A model generated the notes under the pieces. It was not told the DNA's origin. It made no database searches and saw only the letters and a list, made by a program, of their open reading frames with translations. Made by a program: the position numbers and the translations under genes. A DNA stretch of 55,373 nt from Woeseiaceae bacterium (lineage in GTDB: Bacteria > Pseudomonadota > Gammaproteobacteria > Steroidobacterales > Woeseiaceae). Positions 45,163-53,984 of the stretch are shown here, piece by piece. Each line of letters opens with the position of its first letter. The stretch's first letter is position 1. The stretch is taken from assembly GCA_041552015.1 (NCBI GenBank), contig JBFELT010000001.1, positions 1 to 55,373 on the forward strand, written 5' to 3'.

Positions 45163-45564
45163 CTAGACGTTTCGACCAACGATCCAGCCTATTGCGAATC
45201 CGATAGCCCCGGCAACGAGCGTATAGGCGGGAAGGTAGCGAAACACGCGACCCGGGTACTGTGCGTCGCCAAACATGTCACCGAGATTGACCGCGTAGGC
45301 ATAGTGCAGGTAGGCGGAAAGCCCCAGCGCCGGAATCGCAAAGCCGAGTGTTGCCAGCGGCATGCGCCAGCCCTTGCCGGACCAGTCGCCACCGCCGAGA
45401 TACAGGGTCAGCGCAGCGAGCAACAACAGGACCAGCAGCGGCAGCAGGTTTCGCAGCAGGTACGGCTGACCGTTTTCGACATCGGCAAACCAGAGCGACG
45501 CCGCCAGGATAAGGATCACGACCGGCAGCAGTTTCAGCAACAGGGTCCTGGCGCCAGACTCCAT
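45163..45564 (-). CDS. hypothetical inner-membrane protein (4 predicted TM)
   Basis: Hydrophobic 133-aa ORF. Its ATG overlaps the mltD stop by 1 nt (TGATG). Confidence 0.55.
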   Translation of the reverse strand: MESGARTLLLKLLPVVILILAASLWFADVENGQPYLLRNLLPLLVLLLLAALTLYLGGGDWSGKGWRMPLATLGFAIPALGLSAYLHYAYAVNLGDMFGDAQYPGRVFRYLPAYTLVAGAIGFAIGWIVGRNV

Positions 45565-47492
45565 CAGCCAGTCTGGGCGTCGGTCAGGACGGGAAATTGC
45601 AGGCGCGTGCCCGGGCGGATCTTCTGCAGGTCAAGGCCCGGGTTGTACTGACGAAGCAGCCAAAGTGGCACATCGTATTTTCGCAGCGCAAGCACCCAGA
45701 CAGAGTCGCCATCGCGAATCGTGTACTCGGTCACACCGCTTATGACATGACGCCTGAAGAAGCTGTCCTGCTGCTGACGATGGTAGGCAATGCGTCGTTC
45801 CTCGAAGGTCTTTGCGTCGACCGTGCCGAGATCCAGCCGGATGCGCCGCCCAACCTCGACCGGTGTTCGGAAAGCAAGTGCATTGAGGTCACGCAGTCGC
45901 TGCGTGCGGATCTCCAGCCAGTCGCCGTAGTGCCCGAGCGTTTCCAGCGGCTGCACCTCGATACTACCGTCGTCGGCTACGCTGTAGTCGCTGGGATCGG
46001 ATAACAGGTCCGTCTGCATCGCCGGCTCCGGCCCGGCAACCAGGTCCTCGGCGAGGGCCGCCGGTGTAAGCTCGGCGACCGCGATTTCCTCCTCTTCAGT
46101 AGCCATGTCGGCGACAGGCGCAGAGGCGACGACCGCTGGCACCTCCGCCATGGGCGGCGTTACGACCGCCGGCGCCGGCCCGGCCGCCGGAAGCCTCAGG
46201 TTCTGGCCGATGCGAATGCGATGGCTGCTGCTGAGATTATTGAGGGCCACCAGCGTCGAGACCCGCGTGTCGTATGCTTCCGCGATCTGCGACAGGGTGT
46301 CGCCGCGGGCAACCTTGTGAAACAGGTCAGGCAACTGCCTGTCGTACAGGCTGTCCGCCGGCAGCCCCGACAGCAGCGTGCTCAACGGCTGATCCAGGGC
46401 ATTCGCCGGCATGCGCAATTCGTAGCCCTTGGGCAGGTACTTGCTGCCCTGCCATATCGTCGCCTGCAGCCCCGGGTTGTGTTTGCGGATTTCCTTCGGC
46501 GTGGTTCCCAGCGCCTCTGACAGGCCGGCAACCGAAACATAGGCTGGCAAACTGGCTGTCGAATAATCCGTCGGCTTTTCATAAACGAGGCCCGGGAAGT
46601 ATCGCTCGACATTCTGGTCGACTTCCTTGGCGGCCAGAAATGCAACGTAGAAATTCCTCGAGGCAAAGCCGAAGGTCCGTCCATTGTAGTTTCGGAGTAT
46701 CTCGACATAGGCCGTGTCGCCGTGCTTGCGCATCGCGCGACGGACGCCGGCGAGGCCATGATTGTACGCCGTAATCGCCATGGGCCAGTTGCCGGTAATC
46801 GAATAGTTGTAGGCCATCAGCCTGCCGGCGGCGCGCGTGGCCGCATAGGGATCGTTGCGCTCATCGACTACGTGATCCACACGCATGTAGCGCCTTCCGG
46901 TGCTGCGCGTGAACTGCCAGATGCCGGACGCGCCAACGTGCGAGCGTGCTTCGGGATTGTAGGAAGACTCGACGTGTGGCAGCGCGGCGATTTCAACAGG
47001 GACGCCAAGCGCCGTGAACTGCTCGTTGACGAAGTCACGCCACCGACCCGAGCGCTGCAGCCCCTCCCTGAAGCGATCGCTGAGGCCCTGCTGGAAACGA
47101 ATGCGCTTTGTCGCCGCCGACAGCGTGCTGTTGCTCACGTCCTCCGGCCACAGCGCCAGCACCCTGGCTTCCTCGTCGCTGAGATTGTCACGTTTGCCGG
47201 ACGCCAGTGACTGCAATACGGCTCGAATCTTCTTGCGACGATTCTCAACGCGCCGCTGTCGCTCTCGCCTCGAGAGTTTCGCCGGCATGTCCAGCCGCGC
47301 GTAGACCACGGCCAGGTTTCGATTGTCGTGCAGCAGACCTTCGTCGGTGGAATATCGCGTGAACACCGAGACCCAGAAGTCGACGTCCGGATTGAGCTCC
47401 GGCGGCTGCGGAAAGGTGTCGTCGGCCGCTGCCGCGGCCATGCCCAGCAGTATAATCGGCCAGAAACAGCGAGGAATGCTTGTCTTTTGCAT
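45564..47492 (-). CDS. mltD: membrane-bound lytic murein transglycosylase D with LysM domains
   Basis: SLT domain (ESSYNPEARSHVGASGIWQFTRSTG, AYNHGLAGV). Two LysM repeats (HKVARGDTLSQIAEAY..., YTIRDGDSVWVLALRKY...). ATG 47492 gives the signal peptide MQKTSIPRCFWPIILLGMAAAAA. Confidence 0.85.
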   Translation of the reverse strand: MQKTSIPRCFWPIILLGMAAAAADDTFPQPPELNPDVDFWVSVFTRYSTDEGLLHDNRNLAVVYARLDMPAKLSRRERQRRVENRRKKIRAVLQSLASGKRDNLSDEEARVLALWPEDVSNSTLSAATKRIRFQQGLSDRFREGLQRSGRWRDFVNEQFTALGVPVEIAALPHVESSYNPEARSHVGASGIWQFTRSTGRRYMRVDHVVDERNDPYAATRAAGRLMAYNYSITGNWPMAITAYNHGLAGVRRAMRKHGDTAYVEILRNYNGRTFGFASRNFYVAFLAAKEVDQNVERYFPGLVYEKPTDYSTASLPAYVSVAGLSEALGTTPKEIRKHNPGLQATIWQGSKYLPKGYELRMPANALDQPLSTLLSGLPADSLYDRQLPDLFHKVARGDTLSQIAEAYDTRVSTLVALNNLSSSHRIRIGQNLRLPAAGPAPAVVTPPMAEVPAVVASAPVADMATEEEEIAVAELTPAALAEDLVAGPEPAMQTDLLSDPSDYSVADDGSIEVQPLETLGHYGDWLEIRTQRLRDLNALAFRTPVEVGRRIRLDLGTVDAKTFEERRIAYHRQQQDSFFRRHVISGVTEYTIRDGDSVWVLALRKYDVPLWLLRQYNPGLDLQKIRPGTRLQFPVLTDAQTG

Positions 47493-47569
47493 AATTTCAA
47501 GTTTCAATCGTAAATTATTGATTAGTTCACGGAAAATTTCGCCAATCTGGCGTAACTTAACGATTATCC

Positions 47570-48868
47570 ATGCGCGACACTGACCGCCAATCTGACACTT
47601 GTGCAGGCATTTGCCAATACCTGGCATGCCTGTTGCTGGCCTTGCCCGCCGCTCCGCTGTTCGCCGGCGAGGCAGCGGTCGAGCCTTCCGACGACGGCAC
47701 CGACATTGTCGAGGATACGACCTTCGACAGCGACTCGCGTTCCAGCGAGACGTCGGCCGCCGCCGAGGAACTCGTCGAAGCGGTGCCCGCCCATGAACAC
47801 CTGGTGCCACTGGCGGATGCCGTATTAACCGCGGAAGGTCAGGCGTCGCCGCTGTTGCTGCTCGGCGCCGAGATCATGCCGGGTACCACGCAGCGTCTCG
47901 CGTGGTCAGCCACCGAGCTGTTCGAGGGCGTGCCGGTTTCCACGCCGGTGCTGGTCGTCAACGGCTCGCTGCCCGGCCCGACACTGTGCCTGACGGCTGC
48001 CGTGCACGGTGACGAGCTCAACGGCATCGAAATCGTTCGCCGCGTTCTGCACGAAATTTCGCCGGGCAAATTGTCCGGCGCCGTCATCGGCGTTCCGATC
48101 GTCAATGTTCAGGGTTTCCGCCGCGGTTCGCGGTACCTTCCGGACAGGCGTGATCTGAATCGCTACTTCCCGGGCAATCCCAACGGCAGCGCTGCGGCGC
48201 GTATCGCAAATGCGCTGTTCAACGATGTTATCGCGCACTGCGACGCGCTCGTCGACCTGCACACCGGTTCGTTCGAACGTGCCAACCTGCCGCAGATTCG
48301 CGCCGACCTGAGGAATCCCGACGTCGTTACGCTGACGCAGGGATTCGGTTCCATGGTTGTCCTGCACAGCTCTCCGACGGTTGGCACCTTGCGACATGCG
48401 GCAACAATGGCCGGCATCCCTGCCGTAACGGTCGAGGCCGGCGGTCCCTCGCAGCTGGAGCTGGCCGAGGTCAAACACGGCGTCAAGGGAATCGAAACCC
48501 TGCTGAGCACGCTGGGAATGACCCGAAAGACGCGCTTCTGGGGTGATCCGGAGCCCGTTTACTATCGTTCATCCTGGGTGCGCGCCAACAACGGCGGCAT
48601 CTTGCTGGCGGACGTCAGCCTTGGCAGTACGGTCCGCAAGGGCGACCTGCTCGGCACGATAACGGACCCCATGAGCAATCAGCGCACGGAACTCTTTTCG
48701 CCCTACGCGGGCCGCATTATCGGCCTGGCGCGAAACCAGGTCGTCATGCCGGGATTCGCCGCCTTTCACGTGGGTATCGAGGCGGCTCACATCGTCACCG
48801 ACGAGATTGCCCCGGGAGTCCAGTCGAAACCAGATACCGGTGGTTACGTAGACGGCATGTCCGAGTAA
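47570..48868 (+). CDS. succinylglutamate desuccinylase/aspartoacylase (M14-like) family protein
   Basis: Zn-site AAVHGDELNG, DLNRYFPG, DLHTG. Has an N-terminal signal-like segment. Confidence 0.75.
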   Translation: MRDTDRQSDTCAGICQYLACLLLALPAAPLFAGEAAVEPSDDGTDIVEDTTFDSDSRSSETSAAAEELVEAVPAHEHLVPLADAVLTAEGQASPLLLLGAEIMPGTTQRLAWSATELFEGVPVSTPVLVVNGSLPGPTLCLTAAVHGDELNGIEIVRRVLHEISPGKLSGAVIGVPIVNVQGFRRGSRYLPDRRDLNRYFPGNPNGSAAARIANALFNDVIAHCDALVDLHTGSFERANLPQIRADLRNPDVVTLTQGFGSMVVLHSSPTVGTLRHAATMAGIPAVTVEAGGPSQLELAEVKHGVKGIETLLSTLGMTRKTRFWGDPEPVYYRSSWVRANNGGILLADVSLGSTVRKGDLLGTITDPMSNQRTELFSPYAGRIIGLARNQVVMPGFAAFHVGIEAAHIVTDEIAPGVQSKPDTGGYVDGMSE

Positions 48869-48880
48869 ACTGCGTTCCCG

Positions 48881-49819
48881 ATGAGCGCGGCACGCAAACC
48901 CCTGTCCAGCTACTGGACTCCCCGCTACTGGCCCATCTGGTTTGGCATGGCTGTGCTGCGACTGATCTGCCTGTTGCCGCACCGCGCCGCGCTGGCGACA
49001 GGCCGCGTGCTCGGACGTCTTGCGCACGCCCTCGGCGGTTCGCGCCGGGCGGTGGTACGGCGCAACCTGGAACTCTGCTTTCCGGAACTCTCGCCTGATG
49101 AGCGCGACGCGCTTGCCCGCGATCATTTCGAAGCGCTCGGCATGACGGTGATTGAAATGGGGCTCGGCCGCTGGGCCTCGGACAGGCACCTGCAGTCGAT
49201 AACCCGGCTGATCGGCATCGAGCACGTGCACAAGGCCCTCAAGTCAGGGAAAGGCGTGATCCTGCTCAGCGCGCATTTCACGACGCTGGAAATCATGGGG
49301 CGCGTCCTCAGCCTGAACATGCCTCCCTTCGATGCGGTCTTCCGCCGAAACCGCAGCGAATTCATGACGGAGCTGCAGCGCACGGGCCGCGAGCGCTCGG
49401 CCGAGTCGACCATTGAGAAACGCGATATCAAGCGGATGGTGCGAAGTCTGCGCGCCAATCGCGCCGTCTGGTATGCGCCGGATCAGAGCTACAACCGCAA
49501 GGGCTCCGAGGTCATACCGTTCTTCGGCATCCCGGCAATGCACACGACCGCAACCTCTACGCTGGCACGCCTCGGCGAGGCGGTAGTCGTGCCGTTCTTC
49601 CCGCGGCGCTGCAGCGATTCAAGCTACGAGCTGACCTTGTATCCCGCTTTCGAAAACTTTCCGAGCGATGATCCCGTCGCGGATACGAAGCGCTATATCG
49701 ATCTGCTCGAGCAGCACGTGCGCAGCTGTCCGGAGCAGTACTTCTGGGTGCACCGGAAGTTCAAGGACCTGCCCGACGGCTACCCTGACTACTACGCCGA
49801 TCTCGACGCGTCGAAATAG
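48881..49819 (+). CDS. lpxL: lipid A biosynthesis (Kdo)2-lipid IVA acyltransferase, LpxL/HtrB family
   Basis: N-terminal anchor YWPIWFGMAVLRL, catalytic LLSAHFTTLE (HX4E/D), YAPDQSY. Confidence 0.8.
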   Translation: MSAARKPLSSYWTPRYWPIWFGMAVLRLICLLPHRAALATGRVLGRLAHALGGSRRAVVRRNLELCFPELSPDERDALARDHFEALGMTVIEMGLGRWASDRHLQSITRLIGIEHVHKALKSGKGVILLSAHFTTLEIMGRVLSLNMPPFDAVFRRNRSEFMTELQRTGRERSAESTIEKRDIKRMVRSLRANRAVWYAPDQSYNRKGSEVIPFFGIPAMHTTATSTLARLGEAVVVPFFPRRCSDSSYELTLYPAFENFPSDDPVADTKRYIDLLEQHVRSCPEQYFWVHRKFKDLPDGYPDYYADLDASK

Positions 49820-50523
49820 CCTTGCAGAAGCTGCTCCCAATTCGGCGCACGAAAATTCAGTGCCGGGTCCAGGCCGACGACCTTGTGCAGGGAACGATGC
49901 AGACGCGCGAGCGTCTGCTGCTGCCAGGCACCGCGCGGCCGTAAGGCACCCTTGTCGAAATCGAGCATCCAAAGCTCTCCGGATTTGTCGATCTGCAGGT
50001 TATAGGCGTTCATGTCGGCGTGATAGACGCCCGCCTCATGGAAGCTGTAGATCGATGCACCGAGCGATTCCCAAAACGCGGCATCGGGCCTGTTCTCGCT
50101 GATGTAGACCGACAATGACACGACACCCGGTATGCGTACGGTAATAATGTCCGCCGTGTAGAACGTGCCATGCTGGCAGTAGCGAGCGGCCGCGGGGCGC
50201 GGCACATTGAAATTGTTGGACGACAACTTGTCCAGCAATCGCCACTCCCGGAATGACCGTGTCTTGTCGGGCCCGGAGTATATGAAGGTATCGCGAACCA
50301 GCCTCCCCAGCAGGCCGCCGCGCATATAATGCCGCAAGACGAACTGGCGCGGCACGTTGCCGACGTACATCGTGTTTCCCCGGCCGCCGGAGCCCAATGC
50401 GCCGCTCAGCGCTTCGGCGTGAGGCCAACCACCGGCTTCGAAGCGCTCTTCCGATATCTGGTTGATAATGGCCTTATCGTATAGGATGGCGCCGGTCGCT
50501 GTTTTCTCGACGGTTTCTGTCAA
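49792..50523 (-). CDS. kdkA: 3-deoxy-D-manno-octulosonic acid kinase
   Basis: GVYHADMNAYNLQID ... WMLDFDKG. TTG start. The 3' end overlaps the lpxL 3' end by 28 nt (convergent). Confidence 0.8.
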   Translation of the reverse strand: MTETVEKTATGAILYDKAIINQISEERFEAGGWPHAEALSGALGSGGRGNTMYVGNVPRQFVLRHYMRGGLLGRLVRDTFIYSGPDKTRSFREWRLLDKLSSNNFNVPRPAAARYCQHGTFYTADIITVRIPGVVSLSVYISENRPDAAFWESLGASIYSFHEAGVYHADMNAYNLQIDKSGELWMLDFDKGALRPRGAWQQQTLARLHRSLHKVVGLDPALNFRAPNWEQLLQGYFDASRSA

Positions 50524-50558
50524 ACCTCCCGCCCCTCTTTGTCGACTAGTCTGATTTG

Positions 50559-51617
50559 ATGATGCCTGATTTAGCCGTCCAATCGAAGCCGGGGTCGCTA
50601 TGTGTTCTGCGCCTCTCGGCCATTGGCGACACCTGTCACGCGCTGGCCGTCGTGCGGCGCCTTCAGGACAACTGGCCCGACGCCAGGATCACATGGATCA
50701 TCGGCAAAACCGAAGCGTCACTGATGGCCGATATTGCCGATATCGATTTCGTCGTTTTCGATAAATCCCTGGGCTTACGCGCATACAGGGACGTCGACGT
50801 GCAGCTCGGCGATCGTCGCTTCGACGTCGCCTTGTGCATGCACGCCTCGATGCGAGCGAATCTTCTCTGTCGGCGCATTTCCGCAACGACGAGGCTGGGC
50901 TTTGACAGGGCACGGGCTCGCGATTTCCAGTGGCTGTTTACGGATCGTCGCATTCCCGCTGCTGCCGGCGAACACGCGCTCGAAGCCATGATGTCTTTTG
51001 CCACGGCAATCGGCGCCCGCGAGCGAGAACTTCGCTGGGACATACCGCTGCCGGCAACTGCCGAGGCGTTTGCCGAACGCTTTCTCGAGACCGGCAAGGC
51101 GCTCGTCATGATCAGCCCCTGCAGCAGTCAGCGCAGCCGCAATTACAGGAACTGGCCCGTAGACAATTACGCGGCGACGATTCGCTATCTTCAGGATAAG
51201 TTCGATTGCAGGGTCGTCGTGACCGGCGGCAACTCCGGCATTGAGCAGCGCTACGGCAAGGCGCTCGAGGACGCCGGCGCCTTGAACCTGGTGGGAAAGA
51301 CCTCGCTGAAGGAGCTGCTGGCGCTCATCCGCGCCGCGCGCCTGGTGATTTGCCCGGACTCCGGACCGGCACACATGGCAACCACGGTGAATACGCCGGT
51401 CATCGCCCTGTTTGCCAGCTCGAATCCGGACCGCACCGGTCCGTATCTTTCGCGCGCACTCACCGTCAACCGCTACCCCGACGCCGTCAGGAAGTACCTC
51501 GGGCGGGACGTCGACGCGCTTCGATGGGGGCAGCGAGTGCGCGATCCGCGCGCCATGGAATTGATCACGATCGCCGACGTTCGGCACAAGATCGACGATT
51601 TTTTCGGCGCTCTCTGA
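50559..51617 (+). CDS. glycosyltransferase family 9 (LPS heptosyltransferase family)
   Basis: RLSAIGDTCHALAVVRRL, CPDSGPAHMA. Which heptosyltransferase it is cannot be decided by eye. Confidence 0.75.
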   Translation: MMPDLAVQSKPGSLCVLRLSAIGDTCHALAVVRRLQDNWPDARITWIIGKTEASLMADIADIDFVVFDKSLGLRAYRDVDVQLGDRRFDVALCMHASMRANLLCRRISATTRLGFDRARARDFQWLFTDRRIPAAAGEHALEAMMSFATAIGARERELRWDIPLPATAEAFAERFLETGKALVMISPCSSQRSRNYRNWPVDNYAATIRYLQDKFDCRVVVTGGNSGIEQRYGKALEDAGALNLVGKTSLKELLALIRAARLVICPDSGPAHMATTVNTPVIALFASSNPDRTGPYLSRALTVNRYPDAVRKYLGRDVDALRWGQRVRDPRAMELITIADVRHKIDDFFGAL

Positions 51618-51645
51618 CTTTCGCGACCCGGGCTGCGTCTCGAAC

Positions 51646-52689
51646 TCAGGCGATCGTGGTGCCTGCACCGCCCGCGGCCGATCGGATGCTGTCGAGTACG
51701 AGCTCCGGCGCAAGGTCCTTGAGGCAGCGAAGATGTCCGAGCGGGCAGTCCCGCTCGAAACAGGGGCTGCACTCCAGGTCCAGGTAATGCACGTCGCAAC
51801 GATCGGTCAGCGGCGGCGTGAAGTGGGGCGACGAGGAGCCGTAGATTGCATGCACGTGAATGCCGACCGCCGCAGCGATGTGCATCAGGCCGGAGTCGTT
51901 GCTGACGGCCTGCTCCGCGCATGCCAGCAGGTCGATGACGTCGGCCAGCGAGGTCCTGCCGCAGAGATCGGTAACTCCGGCGGTCCCTGCGACGGCGGCC
52001 CCCGCAGTACGATCCTTCTCGGATCCCAGGATCCACACATCGTAACCTTCGCCGACCAGGCGCCGCGCCAGCGTCGCGAAATGCTCCAGCGGCCAGCATT
52101 TCGCGGGTCCGTACTCGGCGCCAGGCATCATTGCTACGATCGGCCGCCCGTCGCCTAATGCCAGCTCCCCCAGCAGGCGGCGCTGACGATCCGCGTCGAT
52201 CGACAGGCTCGGGTATGGCACTGTCGGCAGGCTGCCGCCCTCGGCAACGCCCAGGGCGAGAAAGCGCTTCACCGTCTGATCCAGTACCCTGGGATCGAAA
52301 GTGCGGACGTCGTTGATCAGGCCGAACCTCGATTCGCCGCGATAGCCGGTCCTCCTGGGGATTCGCGCGAGCCACGGGATCAGTGCCGACTTGAAGGATC
52401 GCGGCAGCACAATGGCCTGTTCGTATGCCTCGTCTTTCAGAGACCGGGCGATACGCCTGCGCTTCAAGAGTCCGACTTCACCATGGCCGGTCTCCGCCGC
52501 GATGCCACGGCGGACTTCGGGCATGCGCTCGACGATTGGCAACGACCAGGCAGGGGCCAGGACGTCCAGCGGCCTGGCCGGTCTCTCGGCTTTCAGGAAT
52601 TTGAAAAGCGCCTGCGCCATGACCATGTCGCCGACCCAGCTCGGTCCGACGATCAGCGTTGCGGGATTCAGGACTTCTGACGGCCGCAA
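51646..52689 (-). CDS. waaF: ADP-heptose--LPS heptosyltransferase II
   Basis: [37 protein letters not shown] start that overlaps the hldD 3' end. Confidence 0.85.
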   Translation of the reverse strand: MRPSEVLNPATLIVGPSWVGDMVMAQALFKFLKAERPARPLDVLAPAWSLPIVERMPEVRRGIAAETGHGEVGLLKRRRIARSLKDEAYEQAIVLPRSFKSALIPWLARIPRRTGYRGESRFGLINDVRTFDPRVLDQTVKRFLALGVAEGGSLPTVPYPSLSIDADRQRRLLGELALGDGRPIVAMMPGAEYGPAKCWPLEHFATLARRLVGEGYDVWILGSEKDRTAGAAVAGTAGVTDLCGRTSLADVIDLLACAEQAVSNDSGLMHIAAAVGIHVHAIYGSSSPHFTPPLTDRCDVHYLDLECSPCFERDCPLGHLRCLKDLAPELVLDSIRSAAGGAGTTIA

Positions 52690-53624
52690 AGCTGGTCCAG
52701 GTAGTCGGCGACGCCGCTCTCGACCGGACGGAAATCAACGTCGCATCCGGACGCTCGAAGCTGTGTCAGATCCGCCTGCGTAAAGCTCTGGTAGGCGCCT
52801 TCCAGGTGATCCGGGAAAGGCACGTAACGAATCTTTCCCTTGCCATGCCATTGGATGACGGCATTTGCGACGTCGTTAAAGGGCTGCGCCCGCCCGGTTC
52901 CGGCATTGAAAATGCCGGAGACGTCCGGGTTCTTCAGGTACCAGAGATTCACGGCACAGATGTCATCGACATAGACGAAGTCGCGCAACTGCTCGCCATC
53001 GCCGTAACCGTCCGTGCCGGCAAACAGACGCGCTTCCCCGTCGCTCTGAACCTGGTTGTTAAAGTGAAACGCAACACTGGCCATGCTGCCCTTGTGCTGC
53101 TCGCGAGGGCCGTAAACGTTGAAGTACCGCAGGCCCACGACCTGGCTGTCAGGCGCGGTCGCCACGCGCCGCACGTAGCGGTCGAACTGCAGCTTGGAAT
53201 ATCCGTAGACGTTGAGCGGATTTTCGAACAGCGGATCCTCGACGAAGGTCTTGGAGCCTCCGTAGACGGCCGCCGACGACGCATAAATAAAGGGCGTCGC
53301 ATTCGTCAGGCAGTTATGCAGCAGCCGCTTGGAGTAGTCGTAGTTGTTCGCCATCATGTAGCGGCCGTTCCACTCCGTCGTTTCGGAACAGGCGCCCTGG
53401 TGAAACAGGACCTTGATTCCCCGGCTAAAACCCTTGTCGGATTCGATCAGCTTCAGGAAGTCGTCCTTGTCGAGGTAGTCCGCTATCGGCAGATCCGCGA
53501 TATTGGCAATCTTGTGGCCGTCCTCGAGATCATCGACGATGACAACGTCGTCGTGGCCATGGTCCGCCAGCGAGCGAGCCAGGTTGCTGCCAATGAAGCC
53601 GGCGCCGCCAGTTACGATATGCAT
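52668..53624 (-). CDS. hldD: ADP-glyceromanno-heptose 6-epimerase
   Basis: An internal ATG at 53624 gives [20 protein letters not shown] catalytic motif. About 318 aa, as in E. coli HldD. Confidence 0.9.
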   Translation of the reverse strand: MHIVTGGAGFIGSNLARSLADHGHDDVVIVDDLEDGHKIANIADLPIADYLDKDDFLKLIESDKGFSRGIKVLFHQGACSETTEWNGRYMMANNYDYSKRLLHNCLTNATPFIYASSAAVYGGSKTFVEDPLFENPLNVYGYSKLQFDRYVRRVATAPDSQVVGLRYFNVYGPREQHKGSMASVAFHFNNQVQSDGEARLFAGTDGYGDGEQLRDFVYVDDICAVNLWYLKNPDVSGIFNAGTGRAQPFNDVANAVIQWHGKGKIRYVPFPDHLEGAYQSFTQADLTQLRASGCDVDFRPVESGVADYLDQLCGRQKS

Positions 53625-53699
53625 GATGCTGTTTCCCGTGGGGCAGGGATCGCCGAATCGCCAGGGCACGTTGACACGCTCATATCGCGCCAACAGTCC

Positions 53700-53918
53700 C
53701 TAGTCGTCGGACGACGTAAGATGGTATTGCGCGCCACAGTACGGACACTTCGCATCGCCAGTCTCTTCGATAGGCAGGTACACCTTGGGGTGCGAATTCC
53801 ACAGGTACATGCCCGGCATCGGACAGCTGAGCGGCAGGTCCCTGGGCCTGACGCCGTAGTTGTGCTGTGCATTGGCGGGAATGAGATTCTGGTCGACAGT
53901 GCCTGCTCTGGCTGCCAC
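53700..53918 (-). CDS. zf-CHCC-type zinc-finger miniprotein
   Basis: LSCPMPGMYLWNSHPKVYLPIEETGDAKCPYCGAQY. GTG start with AGAGGA SD. Confidence 0.65.
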   Translation of the reverse strand: MAARAGTVDQNLIPANAQHNYGVRPRDLPLSCPMPGMYLWNSHPKVYLPIEETGDAKCPYCGAQYHLTSSDD

Positions 53919-53984
53919 GGCTGTCCTCTGCTGAAACGGTTGCTGGCCGCAAATTATATGCGCTGTGTGGCGCCGCGGCCATGC

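Noticed and set aside
47493-47810. N-terminal 106-aa extension of the mltD ORF (MAPGVHGRAPLRRVPRRRPTSR...).
   Set aside because: The extension is extremely Arg-rich and overlaps the start of the divergent AstE-like gene. ATG 47492 gives a proper signal peptide and leaves an AT-rich divergent promoter region.
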